This document shows positions 61,879 to 64,000 of a stretch of 64,000 nucleotides of DNA, piece after piece. The notes below the pieces were generated by a model, which saw only the letters and a list, made by a program, of their open reading frames with translations, did no database searches and was not told the origin of the DNA. Positions within the stretch are counted from its first letter, which is position 1. The number at the start of each line of letters is the position of its first letter. The DNA lies in the NCBI RefSeq assembly GCF_001194135.2, contig NC_068986.1, positions 109,533,255 to 109,597,254 on the forward strand, in the 5' to 3' direction. The position numbers were made by a program, and so were the translations under genes. The stretch is from Octopus bimaculoides (taxonomy: Eukaryota).

Positions 61879-63134
61879 CTGAAAACAAAAGCAACAATCA
61901 GCATTAAATCCAAAGAGATGAGAAATAATGATAGCAAGAATAACATATCCGAATCTGTTAAACATATATTACAACATCAGTATATAAAACAATTGTGTGT
62001 ATGTGTGGTTATATTTCATTGAGTATGTCACAATCTCAACCCAGATCTTGTCATGTCTGTTTATCTAAGGCTCGTGTATAAGGTTAGTTCCAGAGTTTAA
62101 GGATGTGAGAGAACAGACCATCAGACCACACATGAACATAACAGATTATATATTAGATAAATTGCTAAATACATCAATGAATACACACACACACACCAAT
62201 ATATGTATACATATATATATAAATGTGTGTGCGTGCATGCATTTCCTTTATTTAAATCAGCTCTCAGCCCAGCTGCAGAATTGATAATAAACAAAGAAAA
62301 TTCCTACATAATTATGTGTGTATTATTTATGTATACAAATGTATATGTATTTGTGTGTGTGTGTGTGTGTAATTATCTCAGCATGTTTGTGTGTGTTCCC
62401 CATTTTGTAATTCTTTAAATTCCTCCCACAATGAAGAGTCTGGTTTCTGATTGGAGAAAAAGCTGTAGAATTGAAATTTAAATATCACCAATAAAGAGTT
62501 ACATGGTGGACATTTAGCAAATATACATTTCACTGTTCTGCTTATAGATCATTGTCGTCATCGTCATCATTGCCACCTCCCTCCTCCTCCTCCACATCAT
62601 CATCATTTAATGACCGTTTTCCATGCTGGTATGGGTAAGATGGCCTAACAGGAGCTAGCAAGGCCAGAGAGCCGCACCAGGCTCTATTGTCTGTTTAGGC
62701 ATGGGTTCTTTGGACGGATGCCCTTCCTAATGTCAACCAATTCACAGAGTGTGCTGGGCGATTTTTACACGGCACTGGCTCCAGTGCTTTCTATGTGGCA
62801 CCAGCACTGCATACTTACAGAAATATGTATCAGTTGGAGCATAGGTGAATGTCATCATCATGAAATGTTTGTCTTTCGTGTTGGCATCGATTTGACTGTT
62901 CAAGAGGATCCAATGGGCCAAAGAACATAGTTGAGTTCCAATGTCTACTTTGGCATGGTTTCTACAACTGGATATGGTTCCAAGTGCCATCCACTTTTCA
63001 AAGTATACAGAGTGATATTTTGGTTTTTTTCATGATGCTAGCACCAGTAAGGTTATCAATAGACTCACTAAAACCACTTGACTGAACAAGGTTGGAAGTA
63101 TGAAGAAAGTGGGTTTGTGCCAGGTGTTGAAATA

Positions 63135-63916
63135 TGAGGTCTGATTAATAAGTAGCTGCATTGTTGCCATAGTAATGAAGCTAAAGCTAAAATGTGAAGC
63201 CACTTGGCAAAGATTGACCTTCGACTCTGCTGTGCATTAAGTTTTAATGATCTAGCTCACTGCTGCTGTTTACAGCAATGCTCAGAAGGAACGTGTGTAG
63301 TGTGTGATCATCGCATTGACTATGACAGAGAAAGTTGTCATGGTGATACCTGCTCAGAAGCCTGTGTAAAGTTGCAGAAAGTGTATGGAGAGGAGTGTAT
63401 GAGCTGTGTATGTGTACGAGGCGTGTATGTGTACGAGTGGTTCAGACATTTCCAAGTTGACCGAAGAATTGTTAATAGTGATGAGTGTTCTGGGAGGCCT
63501 GCAACCAGCAGAAGTGAGAAAAACATTGCAGATGTGCATGCAGCTGTGAGGGGAAAATCATTGAATCACCATCCGTGAGTTATCAGAGGATGTGCAGATT
63601 AGTTATGGTTCAGTTTAGTCCATTATCACTGAAGATTTGGGTATGAGACACATGTCTGCCAAGTTTGTGCCAAAACTGCTTTCAGCTGACCAAAAAAACA
63701 CTCAAGTTTCAGTTGCACAAGATCTCTTCGATTGTGTCGAGAAGGACGAAAACTTTGCGTAGGCCTCTGAGCAGGTATCACCAAGCTTTTGGCAAAATTT
63801 GATGCAGATTCTCTGCTCAACTTTCTCTGTCATAGTCAATGCGACGATCACACGCTACACACCTTCCTTTCAAGCACTGCTGTAAACAGCAGAAGTGAGC
63901 GAGAATGTTAAAACTC
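63135..63916 (+). mobile_element. Mariner remnant with an inverted duplication of its 5' end
   Basis: Plus strand: VYEWFRHF..SGRP, RELSEDVQISYGSV, MSAKFVPKLL (mariner HTH/linker). 63751-63916 is the reverse complement of the 5' region and encodes MTEKVEQRICIKFCQKLGDTCSEAYAK on minus. Confidence 0.85.
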
Positions 63917-64000
63917 TTCTTCTTCTTCTTCCTCCTCCTCCTTTCTCACAATGACAGCCTTTTCCTTCATTGTCATTCTCTTGTGTGTTTTTCTTCTTCA

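Overview
AT-rich, microsatellite- and SINE-rich eukaryotic genomic DNA with six N gaps. The repeat families look like those of Octopus (inference, not verified). Two convergent genes are present. (1) On +, the last three coding exons of a NUDT8-like CoA pyrophosphatase (2158-6914). (2) On -, the 3' part of a PLEKHG1/2/3-like DH-PH RhoGEF (61878 down to 18535), ending in a 3.3-kb Ser/Pro-rich terminal exon. Hand splicing reveals a frame-consistent chain of small exons between the PH domain and the terminal exon (111, 36, 11, 24, 63?, 24, 54 nt). It includes an apparently duplicated two-exon module (SDPGFLRL/IFPSD and SDPGFSRI/SFPYD), whose first copy may instead act as an alternative terminal exon. 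About ten long foldback palindromes derive from unrelated elements: mariner 3' ends, mariner 5' ends, a tRNA-like SINE, a hammerhead-ribozyme-motif element and a tandem-subunit element. They are candidate dsRNA/ADAR substrates. All exon calls were made by eye without RNA data, and repeat boundaries are approximate.
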